Source of the DNA: Obrimoposthia wandeli
Lineage: Eukaryota
Direction: 5' to 3'
Assembly (NCBI GenBank): GCA_977020255.1
Contig: CDROCS010003840.1
Coordinates: 310,001 to 372,849 of the forward strand
DNA: 62,849 bases
This document shows, in pieces, positions 1 to 9,672 of the stretch. The position numbers and the translations under genes are program-made. The number at the start of each line of letters is the position of its first letter. The stretch's first letter is position 1. The notes under the pieces were generated by a model, which ran no database searches, was not told where the DNA came from, and worked only from the letters and a program-made list of their open reading frames with translations.

Positions 1-406
1 CAAGAACAGGTGTTGCCGTCAATGCACCAGCCATTAAGCCTGTCGCTAAACCTATATCAAGATCAAGATAGTGAGTCATGGTTAAAGTGATGGCTATGGC
101 AGAAAGCAGTACAACGAGAGCGAGTAAAAGATAATGTTTACCATCTCGGAAGAAAATACCGAAAAAGTTAGGACCAGCTTCAATACCCACACAAAAAATA
201 AATAGCATAAAGCCAATATTTAATGCTTCAGTATTAAACGTAAATCCGGCATTACCAAATAGTATGGCAGTCAGTAAAACACCAATAGAATTGCCTACTT
301 GCATCTTAGCAAAACGAATTTTACCGAAACTTAGACCAACAGCGAGAACAACAAAAAGCAACAAAATATCATTCTGATGGAGAAGGGATGCTACATCGAT
401 ATTCAC
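1..406 (-). CDS. ybjL: Putative transporter YbjL (AspT/YidE/YbjL family), N-terminal part; runs off the window start
   Basis: Hand translation from GTG at 406: [32 protein letters not shown]...[19 protein letters not shown], a hydrophobic sequence with the family GxEAGPNFF motif; adjacent to grxA as in enterobacteria. Not in the ORF track. Confidence 0.85.
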   Translation of the reverse strand, partial: MNIDVASLLHQNDILLLFVVLAVGLSFGKIRFAKMQVGNSIGVLLTAILFGNAGFTFNTEALNIGFMLFIFCVGIEAGPNFFGIFFRDGKHYLLLALVVLLSAIAITLTMTHYLDLDIGLATGLMAGALTATPVL

Positions 407-661
407 AACATTTTTTCCGGGAAGGGGAACATAACAAAAGTGACGAAATTCTAGCTGATTTTAGAGATTTGTCATATCAGAATTCCACATTTTTTAGATT
501 ATTTTTTTCTTAGAATAGCTATTAGATAAAGTTATACCTTTTGCACATCTTAACCGTTCATCGTGTGCTATAACCTCAAAATAAAGACGAATTCACTTAA
601 TATCAGCGTATTATTTGGTGGTGAGAGAAAATGGAAGTGAAAGGTAGGAAATAAAAGTATT

Positions 662-684
662 AAAAGGGCTGAAAGATCAGCCCT
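662..684 (-). terminator. Intrinsic terminator downstream of grxA
   Basis: AGGGCTGA-aaga-TCAGCCCT stem with a U-tract on the minus strand. Confidence 0.6.
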
Positions 685-730
685 AATTGATTCTTCTAAC
701 AACTATTGCGCTGTTATTTACTGTTCGCCA

Positions 731-994
731 TTATTGAAAAAGGCTTAGGTTTTCTTTTGCGTATGCTTCAAATTCTGTATAGCCACCAACGTGGTCTTGG
801 TCAACAAAAATTTGAGGAACTGTTTCAACAGGTTTTCCCACCGTTTTTTCTAGATCAGCTTTGCTGATGCCTTCCGCGTGAATGTCTACATAACGGAAGT
901 TAAAATCGTCGCGCTCTTCTTTTAGTTTTTCAGCAAGGTCTTTTGCACGAACACAGAATGGGCAACCAGGACGACCAAAAATAACAACGAACAT
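731..994 (-). CDS. grxA: Glutaredoxin 1
   Basis: MFVVIFGRPGCPFCVRAK with a CPFC active site and TVPQIF motif; the true start is the ATG at 994, not 1183. Confidence 0.95.
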   Translation of the reverse strand: MFVVIFGRPGCPFCVRAKDLAEKLKEERDDFNFRYVDIHAEGISKADLEKTVGKPVETVPQIFVDQDHVGGYTEFEAYAKENLSLFQ

Positions 995-1022
995 AATATC
1001 TCTCCTCAAATTTATTGCGTTT

Positions 1023-1088
1023 ACTATAACTTGCCAACGCTCGATGAGAAAGCGGGTTTTATCTCTTACTCTGATAGATAAAACCGAT
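1023..1088 (-). promoter_or_regulatory. grxA sigma70 promoter with an abutting OxyR-like site
   Basis: Minus-strand -10 TATAGT (1023-1028), 17-bp spacer, -35 TTTCTC (1046-1051). The 37-bp GCGG-N7-CTCT-N7-ATAG-N7-CGAT at 1052-1088 has OxyR tetramer spacing; E. coli grxA is OxyR-activated. Confidence 0.55.
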
Positions 1089-1446
1089 TGATGTTTTTTG
1101 TATACATCCAAAAAGGTACGAGAAGTATATAAACGACGAAACCAGACTAAAGAGTCTGTTTTTTTCTTTGACGTTGTAGACACCTTGGAAAATGAACTGA
1201 TTAAGCGTCACTTTCACGACATATATTTATGTGCTTTGTCAATATTTTATGTGACGAAGAACTTATTCCTTTAAGTTGAAATTTTATAGCGGTCAAATAT
1301 TGTTCAGAATCAAAATGAGTAACTAATATTCCGTAATACTAAGTTAGGTATATGTTTATCAATTTAAATACTCACTTATTTTCAGTTAAGTAAAGTAGTC
1401 AGGTGATTATTCAAATTTGTATTGTAGTTTGTGTAATGGAGTACCT

Positions 1447-2625
1447 ATGTTTCAATTTATGACATCGTCAAGGATTGTTTTTGGTGAAGGGGCGTTAATC
1501 AACTCATTCTCTACACTCAATCAATTTGGTTACAGTGTTTTATTGGTAACAGGGAAAGATAATCAGCGCTCTGAACCTTTGGTTAATTATTTAAAGCAAC
1601 AAAATATGCGTTATCAACAAGTGGCTGTATTGGGTGAGCCTCTTATTGCAATGATTGAAGAAATGGCTGCAATGGGCAGGCGTTTTCGACCTGATATGGT
1701 AATTTCTATTGGTGGTGGCAGTGTACTTGATGCAGGTAAAGCCCTTGCCGCATTGATCCCCAACCAAGGCAGTGTCTATGACTATGTGGAAGTGGTTGGA
1801 CGTAATGTACCGCTTCAAGCCAAGCCTTTGCCATTTATCGCCATTCCCACTACATCAGGAACGGGCTCTGAAGTCAGTAAAAATGCAGTGCTTCGTTCAG
1901 CCCAAGAAAATGTAAAAGTGAGCCTAAGAAGTGCTGAGATGTTGCCCGACTTAGCGATCATTGATCCGACATTAACCTATGGTATGGATCCTGTTATGTC
2001 GGGATGCTGCGGTATGGATGCGTTTACTCATTTAATGGAAGCTTATGTCTGTGGTGCGCCTAATCCGCTCACTGATATGGTTTGTGAAGAAGGGTTGCGA
2101 CGATTGGCTGGTGCCATTGTACCAGCTTGTGAAGATGATGATCCTCGGGCGCGATCTGATATGTCATTTGCGGCAATGCTAGGAGGAATGGCATTAGCCA
2201 ATGCCAAGCTAGGTGCTGCACATGGGTTAGCCTCTTCATTAGGGGGCAGGCTGAGTGCGCCACACGGTTTGATAACAGCACAGCTTGCACCGTATGTGAT
2301 GCAAGAGAATGTGTTGGCAGCAAGAGAAGCTGGACGAGCCGATGTATTAAACCGTTATCGACAGTTGGCGTGTATTCTTACCGGTAGAACGGATGCAGAT
2401 ATTGCAGATGGCATTACGTGGACAAAGCGAACGCTAGAGCGTTTAAATTTGCCATCTGTTTCTGACTATGGATTATGCGACACCCTGTTTGATGAAGTGG
2501 CAGAAGACGCATTATTAACGAATGCAATAAAAGGGAACCCATTACCCTTAAATAAAGAGCGCCTACAAGGGATTCTTGAGCAAATCTGTCAGGAATGCAA
2601 AATTGATATCACGAGCCAAGTATAA
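1447..2625 (+). CDS. Iron-containing alcohol dehydrogenase (family III)
   Basis: GGGSVLDAGK, IPTTSGTGSE, DAFTH...HG...HG metal ligands; ATG at 1447 preceded by GGAG. Confidence 0.9.
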   Translation: MFQFMTSSRIVFGEGALINSFSTLNQFGYSVLLVTGKDNQRSEPLVNYLKQQNMRYQQVAVLGEPLIAMIEEMAAMGRRFRPDMVISIGGGSVLDAGKALAALIPNQGSVYDYVEVVGRNVPLQAKPLPFIAIPTTSGTGSEVSKNAVLRSAQENVKVSLRSAEMLPDLAIIDPTLTYGMDPVMSGCCGMDAFTHLMEAYVCGAPNPLTDMVCEEGLRRLAGAIVPACEDDDPRARSDMSFAAMLGGMALANAKLGAAHGLASSLGGRLSAPHGLITAQLAPYVMQENVLAAREAGRADVLNRYRQLACILTGRTDADIADGITWTKRTLERLNLPSVSDYGLCDTLFDEVAEDALLTNAIKGNPLPLNKERLQGILEQICQECKIDITSQV

Positions 2626-2911
2626 TGCGCGATAGACGCGAATAATTCGCTCAATAATCATATTCATTTGAATTTGTGATAGATTAAGTTGAATTAATTG
2701 ATCTATCACTAGTCTTATTCTATCGAGAAAGAAAGGCTATTACTAATAGTTAAGGCTTTAGTACAAAGTGATAGTACACTTAATGCACAATAAATATCAT
2801 GTGTTAGAGCATTGATTATTGACTTTATTTTCACTGGATTAATATTTTTAGCTCAAATAATCAATGAATTACACAGAAGATAATAATAAGTAAGAAGATT
2901 GGATAAAGAAT

Positions 2912-4129
2912 ATGAACTATACGGGAAAACTGGCAGTTGCTCTTGTGTTGACAGCATTGCTTAGTGCTTGTGGAAGCACTCCTGACAATGGACAAGCTGT
3001 AACGTCGGCCATCAATACTGGCGACGCAGTCAAAAACGCACAGAATATTTACCAAAATTGGCAGGAAAAAATACAAAGTATTGAGCATTTACAGATCTAT
3101 TCACCCAATAAATATGATGTTGTTCAAGCGCATTGGAAAACAGCAGATTCGATTTATCAAAGCTTTGCAGGTTCACCTGATACGGCATTTAAAAGTTATT
3201 CTATTTTTTCATCTGCGACTTATCTTGAACGTTTTTTAGACGAAATTAATAAAGCACAGATAACGTTGACTGAACTAGAGAAACTAAAAGTTAAGTCAGA
3301 TAGGGTACTGGCACCAGCGATAAAGCAAATGGCTTACCTTAATTCTTTAGATGCTGCGCGTTATTACCGTAGTGAATATACCAGGTTAAATCGTTTTTAT
3401 GCCAAGCTATTCAATTATGTAGACAATGATGATGTTTCTGATGCTCGAGAAGAGCAAGAAGAATTTTTAGAGCGTAGTTTTAGCTTAGAAATTAAAACAG
3501 TAAAGAAAATTTATATTGCACCACTTGAGACGAAACTACGTGAATTGCGTAAAAATGATGTACGTTACTTTGCGCCATTAAGTTATTCTCGTGTTGAGAT
3601 CGAAATTACTGATGGCAATCGTATTATTGATTCAACCCCTCGAAATTTCACAGCTATTGATAAGAAAGTAGTCGAGATTCAATTTGAGCTTGACCATGCT
3701 GCTCATATTGCGCTTGAAGTAAAAGGTTTACGAGATCGCAGTAAAGATGACTATGAAAACTTCATTCTAGATATAGAAGATAAGTTACTACGTATTTCTC
3801 GTGCTCTAGATAACCAAGATTTGCGCGATCAGCCAATAAAATCACAAGCAAAGTTGATTACAGAAAGAGTTGTATCTGCACGCGATAGTAACTTTAGTCA
3901 AACGCAGCCATACTACGCCGCAGATCAAAGTAACGACACATCTGTAGATCAGATAGCAACGTTAATAACGTTAGTGGAAGCTCAGAAAAAACAGATTCAA
4001 CAATTACGGCTAAAAGCTACACCGGCACCAAGTATTGATGAAAGTGTAGACACTCAGCAAAATGGCAATGCAGAAATCGAAATACCCATTAATGCTGCAA
4101 AGAATGCAGACGTTGAAATTTCAGAATAG
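2912..4129 (+). CDS. Hypothetical lipoprotein, 405 aa, helical/coiled-coil
   Basis: Signal peptide with lipobox LSAC; long open frame; own downstream terminator. Confidence 0.75.
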   Translation: MNYTGKLAVALVLTALLSACGSTPDNGQAVTSAINTGDAVKNAQNIYQNWQEKIQSIEHLQIYSPNKYDVVQAHWKTADSIYQSFAGSPDTAFKSYSIFSSATYLERFLDEINKAQITLTELEKLKVKSDRVLAPAIKQMAYLNSLDAARYYRSEYTRLNRFYAKLFNYVDNDDVSDAREEQEEFLERSFSLEIKTVKKIYIAPLETKLRELRKNDVRYFAPLSYSRVEIEITDGNRIIDSTPRNFTAIDKKVVEIQFELDHAAHIALEVKGLRDRSKDDYENFILDIEDKLLRISRALDNQDLRDQPIKSQAKLITERVVSARDSNFSQTQPYYAADQSNDTSVDQIATLITLVEAQKKQIQQLRLKATPAPSIDESVDTQQNGNAEIEIPINAAKNADVEISE

Positions 4130-4151
4130 CTGACTGTGCAAATATGAACAG

Positions 4152-4177
4152 AAAAGTAGCCAATGGCTACTTTTTTT
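4152..4177 (+). terminator. Intrinsic terminator
   Basis: AAAAGTAGCC-aat-GGCTACTTTTTTT. Confidence 0.75.
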
Positions 4178-4478
4178 GTTTCTACTTATTACCAACCTTC
4201 TTACGGTGGTCGTTAACAAAGGCACATATTTAAAATTAGTAACAAAAAAAATGATAAACCCAGCGCTTTAAATGTATTTTTTTTGTTACTTTGCCGTGGG
4301 TGGTGATTTTATTTGGTTCGTTCTTTTATTTTTGCTTAACATGTATTTACGTTAACTTATTTTGCGGAAATCAACTGTTTTTACGCTTGCGTAACGCACT
4401 GTTAACACTGATGGTTTCCTTCCCGTGTTTTTAAACCTACTTTTTTTATTTTTGGTCGAATTATCACCGTTATTTGGA

Positions 4479-4515
4479 TTGATCTACTCCTCCGCATCCA
4501 TTAGAATGCGCGGCG
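4479..4515 (+). promoter_or_regulatory. sigma70 promoter of satP with a GC-rich discriminator
   Basis: TTGATC (4479-4484), 17 bp, TAGAAT (4502-4507), followed by GCGCGGC. Confidence 0.6.
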
Positions 4516-4583
4516 CATTTGTAATGCATCCATTTTTGAAATTTTATTGATTTTTTTGAATTTTACTCCTGTAGGGGAACTAA

Positions 4584-5177
4584 ATGTCCACAAAACTAGC
4601 GAACCCAGCGCCATTAGGCTTAATGGGTTTTGGTATGACCACAATCCTTTTAAATATCCACAATGCGGGTTTTTTCCCGATTGACTCTATGATTCTTGCT
4701 ATGGGTATTTTCTACGGTGGTATCGGTCAAGTGCTTGTTGGCATGATGTGCTTTAAGCGCGGTGATACATTTGGTACTACAGCATTTACTTCTTACGGTC
4801 TATTTTGGCTAACACTTGTTGGTCTTTTAGTTATGCCTAAGATGGGCCTAGCTGATGCGAGCCCTGCACACTTCATGGGTTGGTACTTAGCTCTTTGGGG
4901 TGTATTCACTGCATTTATGTTCGTTGGTTCTCTTTGCTACCCACGTGCTAAGCAGGTTGTATTTGGTTCTTTAACGGTATTATTCTTCCTTCTTGCTGCA
5001 CGTGATTTCACGGGTAGTGAGCTAATCGGTACAATTGCTGGTATCGAAGGTATTTTTTGTGGCGCAAGTGCAATTTACTTTGCAATGGCACAAGTATTGA
5101 ACAACGAATACGGTCGTACAATTCTACCTGTTGGTGAATTGAAGAAAGAAAAAGTAAGCCTTAAAGCTGCTGCTTAA
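4584..5177 (+). CDS. satP: Acetate/succinate uptake transporter SatP (GPR1/FUN34/YaaH family)
   Basis: N-terminal signature [16 protein letters not shown]; six hydrophobic segments. Confidence 0.93.
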   Translation: MSTKLANPAPLGLMGFGMTTILLNIHNAGFFPIDSMILAMGIFYGGIGQVLVGMMCFKRGDTFGTTAFTSYGLFWLTLVGLLVMPKMGLADASPAHFMGWYLALWGVFTAFMFVGSLCYPRAKQVVFGSLTVLFFLLAARDFTGSELIGTIAGIEGIFCGASAIYFAMAQVLNNEYGRTILPVGELKKEKVSLKAAA

Positions 5178-5188
5178 TCTTTCACGAT

Positions 5189-5228
5189 AAAAACCTCGTA
5201 CTAGTGATTAACTAGGCGAGGTTTTTTT
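5189..5228 (+). terminator. Intrinsic terminator after satP
   Basis: AAAAACCTCG-TACTAGTgattaACTAG-GCGAGGTTTTTTT. Confidence 0.7.
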
Positions 5229-5554
5229 GTATCTGTTTTTTGTGTTGAAAAGCATCACAAAAGTAATCCGCACTGCCAAATCTGAATACTGGCTAATTTT
5301 AGAAATAGAATAATCAGTAAACATTAAATAATTTAATGCTACCCCCGCTCTTATATCCAGCTGTAATTGGCTGAACACGTTTAAATTTGTGATTGCACCA
5401 TTGACTCTTTTCTTACTGATGAGTAATAAATCATCCCGCTTAGTGTGCTGTTTTTAAAATAGTAGATGAATATCTGAATACGACTTTTCCATACGCTATG
5501 CTTAGAGCTGTTGAACTAACAATATCATGCCTAAAGCGAATTTAAGGAGGGGTT

Positions 5555-6517
5555 ATGGCTCAGCGTTACGCTGCTCTTATTGGTGCGTTAGTTGCCGATG
5601 CTGCAAGTATGGGTACGCATTGGATTTATTCACCAGAGCGAATCCAAGTGTTATCTGAATTACCACACTTTCCCTTTATTGAACCAGATGCCCTGCATTA
5701 TGAGGGGGTTGAAGGCTATTATGCCCATGATAGTTTAACTGCGGGCGAGCTAACCGCTTACGGTGAATGGTTGGCATTGTATATACGTTTACTTGCTGAA
5801 CCCAAAATAAGTACACATCAAATTCAGCAACATATCCTTGACTATTTTGGCCCTGGTGGCGATTTTATTGGCTATATTGATAGCCCAACGAAAGCGTTAT
5901 TATTAACGTTGTTTTCACTCGAACCTGATGATTGGCCAGAAGATTCTGGCAGTGAAGATGATCAAAACACAGCACTGTGTGCGATACCTGCATTGGTTGC
6001 GCTTAAATACCCGTCAGAGCAGTTAGAGCAAGAGATCGATCGTATTGTAGGGATCACTCACCAAAATGAACAGGCGTTAACAACGGCGAAAGCATTTGCG
6101 AGCGCATTAAATGAAGCACTACGTTCTCGACGAATGGAACCCGTGTTGAATGTATTAAAGGTGAAATCACCCGTTGAAATTCAAGACCGAATTGAGAAGG
6201 TACGGTTATTAGATGGAGATGTTAACGATCTCTCTCATGTTTTTTCACTTATCAGCCCAGCATGCCATTTAGAAGATAGCATCCCCATGGCAGCTTGGAT
6301 TCTACAAAACAGTGGAAGCTATACTGAAGCGATAATGAAAAATATTCTGGTTTCTGGTGATACGTGCGGGCGGGGGATCTTGATTGGTGCACTTGCAGGT
6401 GCGTGTTATGGTTTTGGTGATGTAAAGGGGATACCTATCTCATGGCTCACCACATTGCAAAGTGGAGAGGCTCTCGCTGAAGATATTGAGGCATTGTTGA
6501 AAGCTGCAAAAAGTTAG
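5555..6517 (+). CDS. ADP-ribosylglycohydrolase (DraG/ARH) family protein
   Basis: AALIGALVADAASMGTHW N-terminal motif, EDDQN, and C-terminal GDTCGRGILIGALAGA; strong SD AAGGAGG. Confidence 0.8.
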   Translation: MAQRYAALIGALVADAASMGTHWIYSPERIQVLSELPHFPFIEPDALHYEGVEGYYAHDSLTAGELTAYGEWLALYIRLLAEPKISTHQIQQHILDYFGPGGDFIGYIDSPTKALLLTLFSLEPDDWPEDSGSEDDQNTALCAIPALVALKYPSEQLEQEIDRIVGITHQNEQALTTAKAFASALNEALRSRRMEPVLNVLKVKSPVEIQDRIEKVRLLDGDVNDLSHVFSLISPACHLEDSIPMAAWILQNSGSYTEAIMKNILVSGDTCGRGILIGALAGACYGFGDVKGIPISWLTTLQSGEALAEDIEALLKAAKS

Positions 6518-6572
6518 CTTTTTATAAAAGAATGAAGCACGTTAGCCAATGTAATCCGCTATTGTTGCAACT

Positions 6573-6611
6573 AAAAAGCCACCCGTTACTGATGAGTAAC
6601 GGGTGGCTTTT
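6573..6611. terminator. Bidirectional intrinsic terminator between the ARH gene and sdaA
   Basis: AAAAAGCCACCCGTTACT-gatg-AGTAACGGGTGGCTTTT, a perfect long stem. Confidence 0.85.
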
Positions 6612-6631
6612 AATATTAAACAGTGACGGAT

Positions 6632-7993
6632 TTAGCAGATAACTTTAATAGCCAGACCACCGAGAGAAGTCTCACGGTATTTAGCGTTCATATCTTTGCC
6701 TGTTGCCAGCATTGTTTCAATTACTTTATCAAGTGAAACACGAGGTTCCGAAGAACGACGTAGTGCCATACGGCATGCGTTAATTGCTTTAACCGCAGCG
6801 ATACCATTACGCTCGATACATGGAACTTGTACCTGACCCGCAACAGGGTCACATGTTAGACCTAAGTTGTGCTCCATTGCGATTTCAGCGGCCATACAAA
6901 CTTGTTCTGGGCTACCACCCATCAGTTCAGCAAGACCACCTGCTGCCATTGAACATGCTACGCCCACTTCACCCTGACAACCGACTTCAGCTCCAGAGAT
7001 AGAGGCATTACGCTTATAAAGACCACCAATTGCACCTGATGCTGCAAAATAACGCGTATAATCTTTAGGGCCAACATTCTGGATGAACTTATCGTAGTAA
7101 GCCAGTACCGCAGGAATAATGCCACACGCGCCATTTGTTGGTGCAGTAACAACACGACCACCTGCTGCATTTTCTTCGTTTACAGCAAATGCGTACATGT
7201 TAACCCAATCAACAACTGTCATCGGATCAGTGCTTAGGTTTTCCGTCGTTATTAGTTGTTGGCGAAGTGCTGCTGCACGACGTGGAACACGTAGTGGACC
7301 AGGCAGAATACCTTCTACATTCATACCGCGTTCCATACATTCACGCATGGCTTTCCAGATATTTGCGAAGTAAGTGTTGATTTCGTCGTCAGTATTCATT
7401 GCACGTTCGTTAGCCATAACAAGTGCGCTAACAGAAAGGCCATTTTCTTTACAGTGTGCAAGAAGGCCTTCAGCCTTGGTGTACATGTAAGGCACTTTGA
7501 CGCTTGAAACTTGCTCTTTGCCAAAGTTTTCTTCGTCGACGATGAAACCACCACCGATTGAATAATAAGTTTTAGTGTATGACACTTCATCGCTAATCCA
7601 AGCGGTGATTGTCATACCATTTTCGTGAAGAGAAAGATTAGTTGTATGAAAATTCATGCCTCCTTCACGAGGAAACTCTACTGTGTGGCAGTGCATGCCA
7701 ACAGGTAAGCGTTCTGTTTCTTCTACACGAGCGATAAAACCAGGAATACTGTCAATATCAACATGTTCAGGACTATTGCCTGCAAGGCCCATGATGATAG
7801 CGATGTCTGTATGGTGACCTTTGCCAGTTAGAGAAAGGGAGCCATAAACGTCAACGGTAATTTTGGTTATTTCTCGTAATTTGCCCATAGAGCGTAAGTC
7901 ATCAATAAATTCCTTACCTGCTTTCATTGGACCAACAGTGTGTGAACTGGAAGGACCCACACCAATTTTGTAGATATCAAAAACACTGATCAT
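6632..7993 (-). CDS. sdaA: L-serine dehydratase (Fe-S, SdaA/SdaB type)
   Basis: MISVFDIYKIGVGPSSSHTVGPM, VTAPTNGACG, GCQGEVG, CDPVAGQVQVPCIERN. Confidence 0.96.
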   Translation of the reverse strand: MISVFDIYKIGVGPSSSHTVGPMKAGKEFIDDLRSMGKLREITKITVDVYGSLSLTGKGHHTDIAIIMGLAGNSPEHVDIDSIPGFIARVEETERLPVGMHCHTVEFPREGGMNFHTTNLSLHENGMTITAWISDEVSYTKTYYSIGGGFIVDEENFGKEQVSSVKVPYMYTKAEGLLAHCKENGLSVSALVMANERAMNTDDEINTYFANIWKAMRECMERGMNVEGILPGPLRVPRRAAALRQQLITTENLSTDPMTVVDWVNMYAFAVNEENAAGGRVVTAPTNGACGIIPAVLAYYDKFIQNVGPKDYTRYFAASGAIGGLYKRNASISGAEVGCQGEVGVACSMAAGGLAELMGGSPEQVCMAAEIAMEHNLGLTCDPVAGQVQVPCIERNGIAAVKAINACRMALRRSSEPRVSLDKVIETMLATGKDMNAKYRETSLGGLAIKVIC

Positions 7994-8237
7994 GCGTATT
8001 ACCTCAGTCGGGGGAAGCGATCTTGCCTCCGGCCAAGACTGTCGTAGTTTTTATAATTCCCGCCCCTTCCTTGGCGAGATCACTAGAAAAGCAAAAAGAG
8101 CAGGTGGCAAATGCTTCCTGCTCTTTTACGTTGTCTATTCTACTCTAATTGGCTTCGAAGACTATGCGTTGTAGCACATTTATTCGGAAGAAAAAGCCGT
8201 AAATGTTCATTCATTACGGCTTGAGTAGATGAATCTT

Positions 8238-9491
8238 TTATAATGCGCCGTAGATTACAGAAGTAATCGCAGCAATACCACATAGAGCAGTGAAAGCCTG
8301 TACCGGTGCAGATGTCTTGTACTTCGCCATTGCAGGTACTTTGTACATAGCAAAAACAGGCATTAGGAACAAGATTGCAGCGATCATCGGTGCACCCATT
8401 GTTTCAATCATACCTAGGATGCTTGGGTTAACTACCGCAACCATCCAAGTTGTAATAACGATGAAACCAAGAGAGATTTTCTCAATCTTTTTAACTGGCA
8501 TCTTAGAGCTAGATTTCGCTAGACCAACAAGACCTTCATGTGCACCAAGGAAGTGACCGAAGTAGCTTGAAGTGATAGCAGCAAAAGCAACTAGAGGACC
8601 AAGAATTGAGATTAGCGGAGATTCGTGAATGTTCGCTAGGTACGATAGAACACTGATGTTTTGTTCTTGTGCGATAGCTAGTTGCTCTGGTGACAGAGAA
8701 AGAACAACAGAGAATACAAAGAACATAACGAAGCTCATAAGCATCATTGCTGCACCGCCAGTGATCATGTCAGTCTTTTTAACTGCATCTTCACCGTAAA
8801 CGCGACGCTGTTCTTTAGAGAACTGGCTGATGATTGGGCTGTGGTTGAAAGAGAAAACAATAATTGGAATTGCTAGCCAAATAACTGAAGGCATAGTGCT
8901 CCAATCAGGGCTAACAGAAACCATTGATGTATTCCACTCAGGCACTAGGTAAATAGATAGTGCTAGTAGAATAAATACTAGAGGGTAAACCATTGCAGAT
9001 GTTGCTTTAAGCATCAGTTCTTTACCGAACACAACACCAGCAGTCATTGCGATGATTAGGCCGCCAGATAGCAACCAACGTGGCATTGAATCAATCCCCA
9101 CTTGATTAACTAGGAAAGAATCTACTGTGTTTGTAATACCAACACCATAAATTAGAACAATCGGGTAGATGGCAAAGAAGTAAGCTAAAGTGATGATTTT
9201 TGCGCCAGACTTACCGAAGTGCTCTTCAACAGTATCAGTGATATCTGCTTCAGGGTTCTTTGCTGAAAGAACGAAACGAGCAAGGCCTTTATGTGCAAAC
9301 CAAGTCATTGGTAGTGCAATAAGAGCCAGAATAACTAGAGGCCAAAAGCCACCAGCGCCCGCTTTAATTGGAAGGAAAAGAACACCAGCACCTACTGCTG
9401 TGCCAAATAGTGATAGTGCCCAAGTGAAATCTTTATACGTCCAACTTGCTTTTGCAGCGGTAGTCGCTGCTGTATTCGAAGTGGTTTGCAT
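8238..9491 (-). CDS. sdaC: Serine transporter SdaC (HAAAP family)
   Basis: SLFGTAVGAGVLFLPI, FSFNHSPIISQF; adjacent to serine dehydratase. Confidence 0.88.
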   Translation of the reverse strand: MQTTSNTAATTAAKASWTYKDFTWALSLFGTAVGAGVLFLPIKAGAGGFWPLVILALIALPMTWFAHKGLARFVLSAKNPEADITDTVEEHFGKSGAKIITLAYFFAIYPIVLIYGVGITNTVDSFLVNQVGIDSMPRWLLSGGLIIAMTAGVVFGKELMLKATSAMVYPLVFILLALSIYLVPEWNTSMVSVSPDWSTMPSVIWLAIPIIVFSFNHSPIISQFSKEQRRVYGEDAVKKTDMITGGAAMMLMSFVMFFVFSVVLSLSPEQLAIAQEQNISVLSYLANIHESPLISILGPLVAFAAITSSYFGHFLGAHEGLVGLAKSSSKMPVKKIEKISLGFIVITTWMVAVVNPSILGMIETMGAPMIAAILFLMPVFAMYKVPAMAKYKTSAPVQAFTALCGIAAITSVIYGAL

Positions 9492-9616
9492 GATTATCTA
9501 TCCAAAGTGTTTTACGGAACGGGAATTAGGAACGGGGCGCATTTTCGCTATTTCCAGAAGTAAAACTTTGATCGAGATCTCGTTATGTAATCAGTATAAA
9601 TTGCCATACAAATAAA

Positions 9617-9632
9617 GGCGATCTTCGTCACA
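9617..9632. promoter_or_regulatory. CRP-like site upstream of sdaC
   Basis: GGCGA-tcttcg-TCACA, an 8/10 match to TGTGA-N6-TCACA. Confidence 0.45.
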
Positions 9633-9672
9633 TTTATTTTGGGGGTAAAATAAGGGAAACTAATGTGTCACA

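Noticed and set aside
995-1183. 63-aa N-terminal extension of grxA in the ORF track
   Set aside because: The glutaredoxin fold starts at MFVVIFGRPG (ATG 994); the extension overlaps the predicted promoter and OxyR site
1459-1471. matS-like ATGACATCGTCAA (also GCGACAGTGTCAA at 19327-19339)
   Set aside because: Neither matches the full GTGACRNYGTCAC; core-level hits are plausible by chance in 63 kb
2676-2709. Inverted repeat GTGATAGAT-N16-ATCTATCAC after the ADH gene
   Set aside because: Single occurrence, AT-rich, no U-tract; cannot distinguish operator from chance
8025-8034. GCCTCCGGCC, a fragment seen in c-di-GMP-I riboswitches
   Set aside because: Wrong strand for sdaA and lacks the preceding GGGACGCAAA and P2 elements
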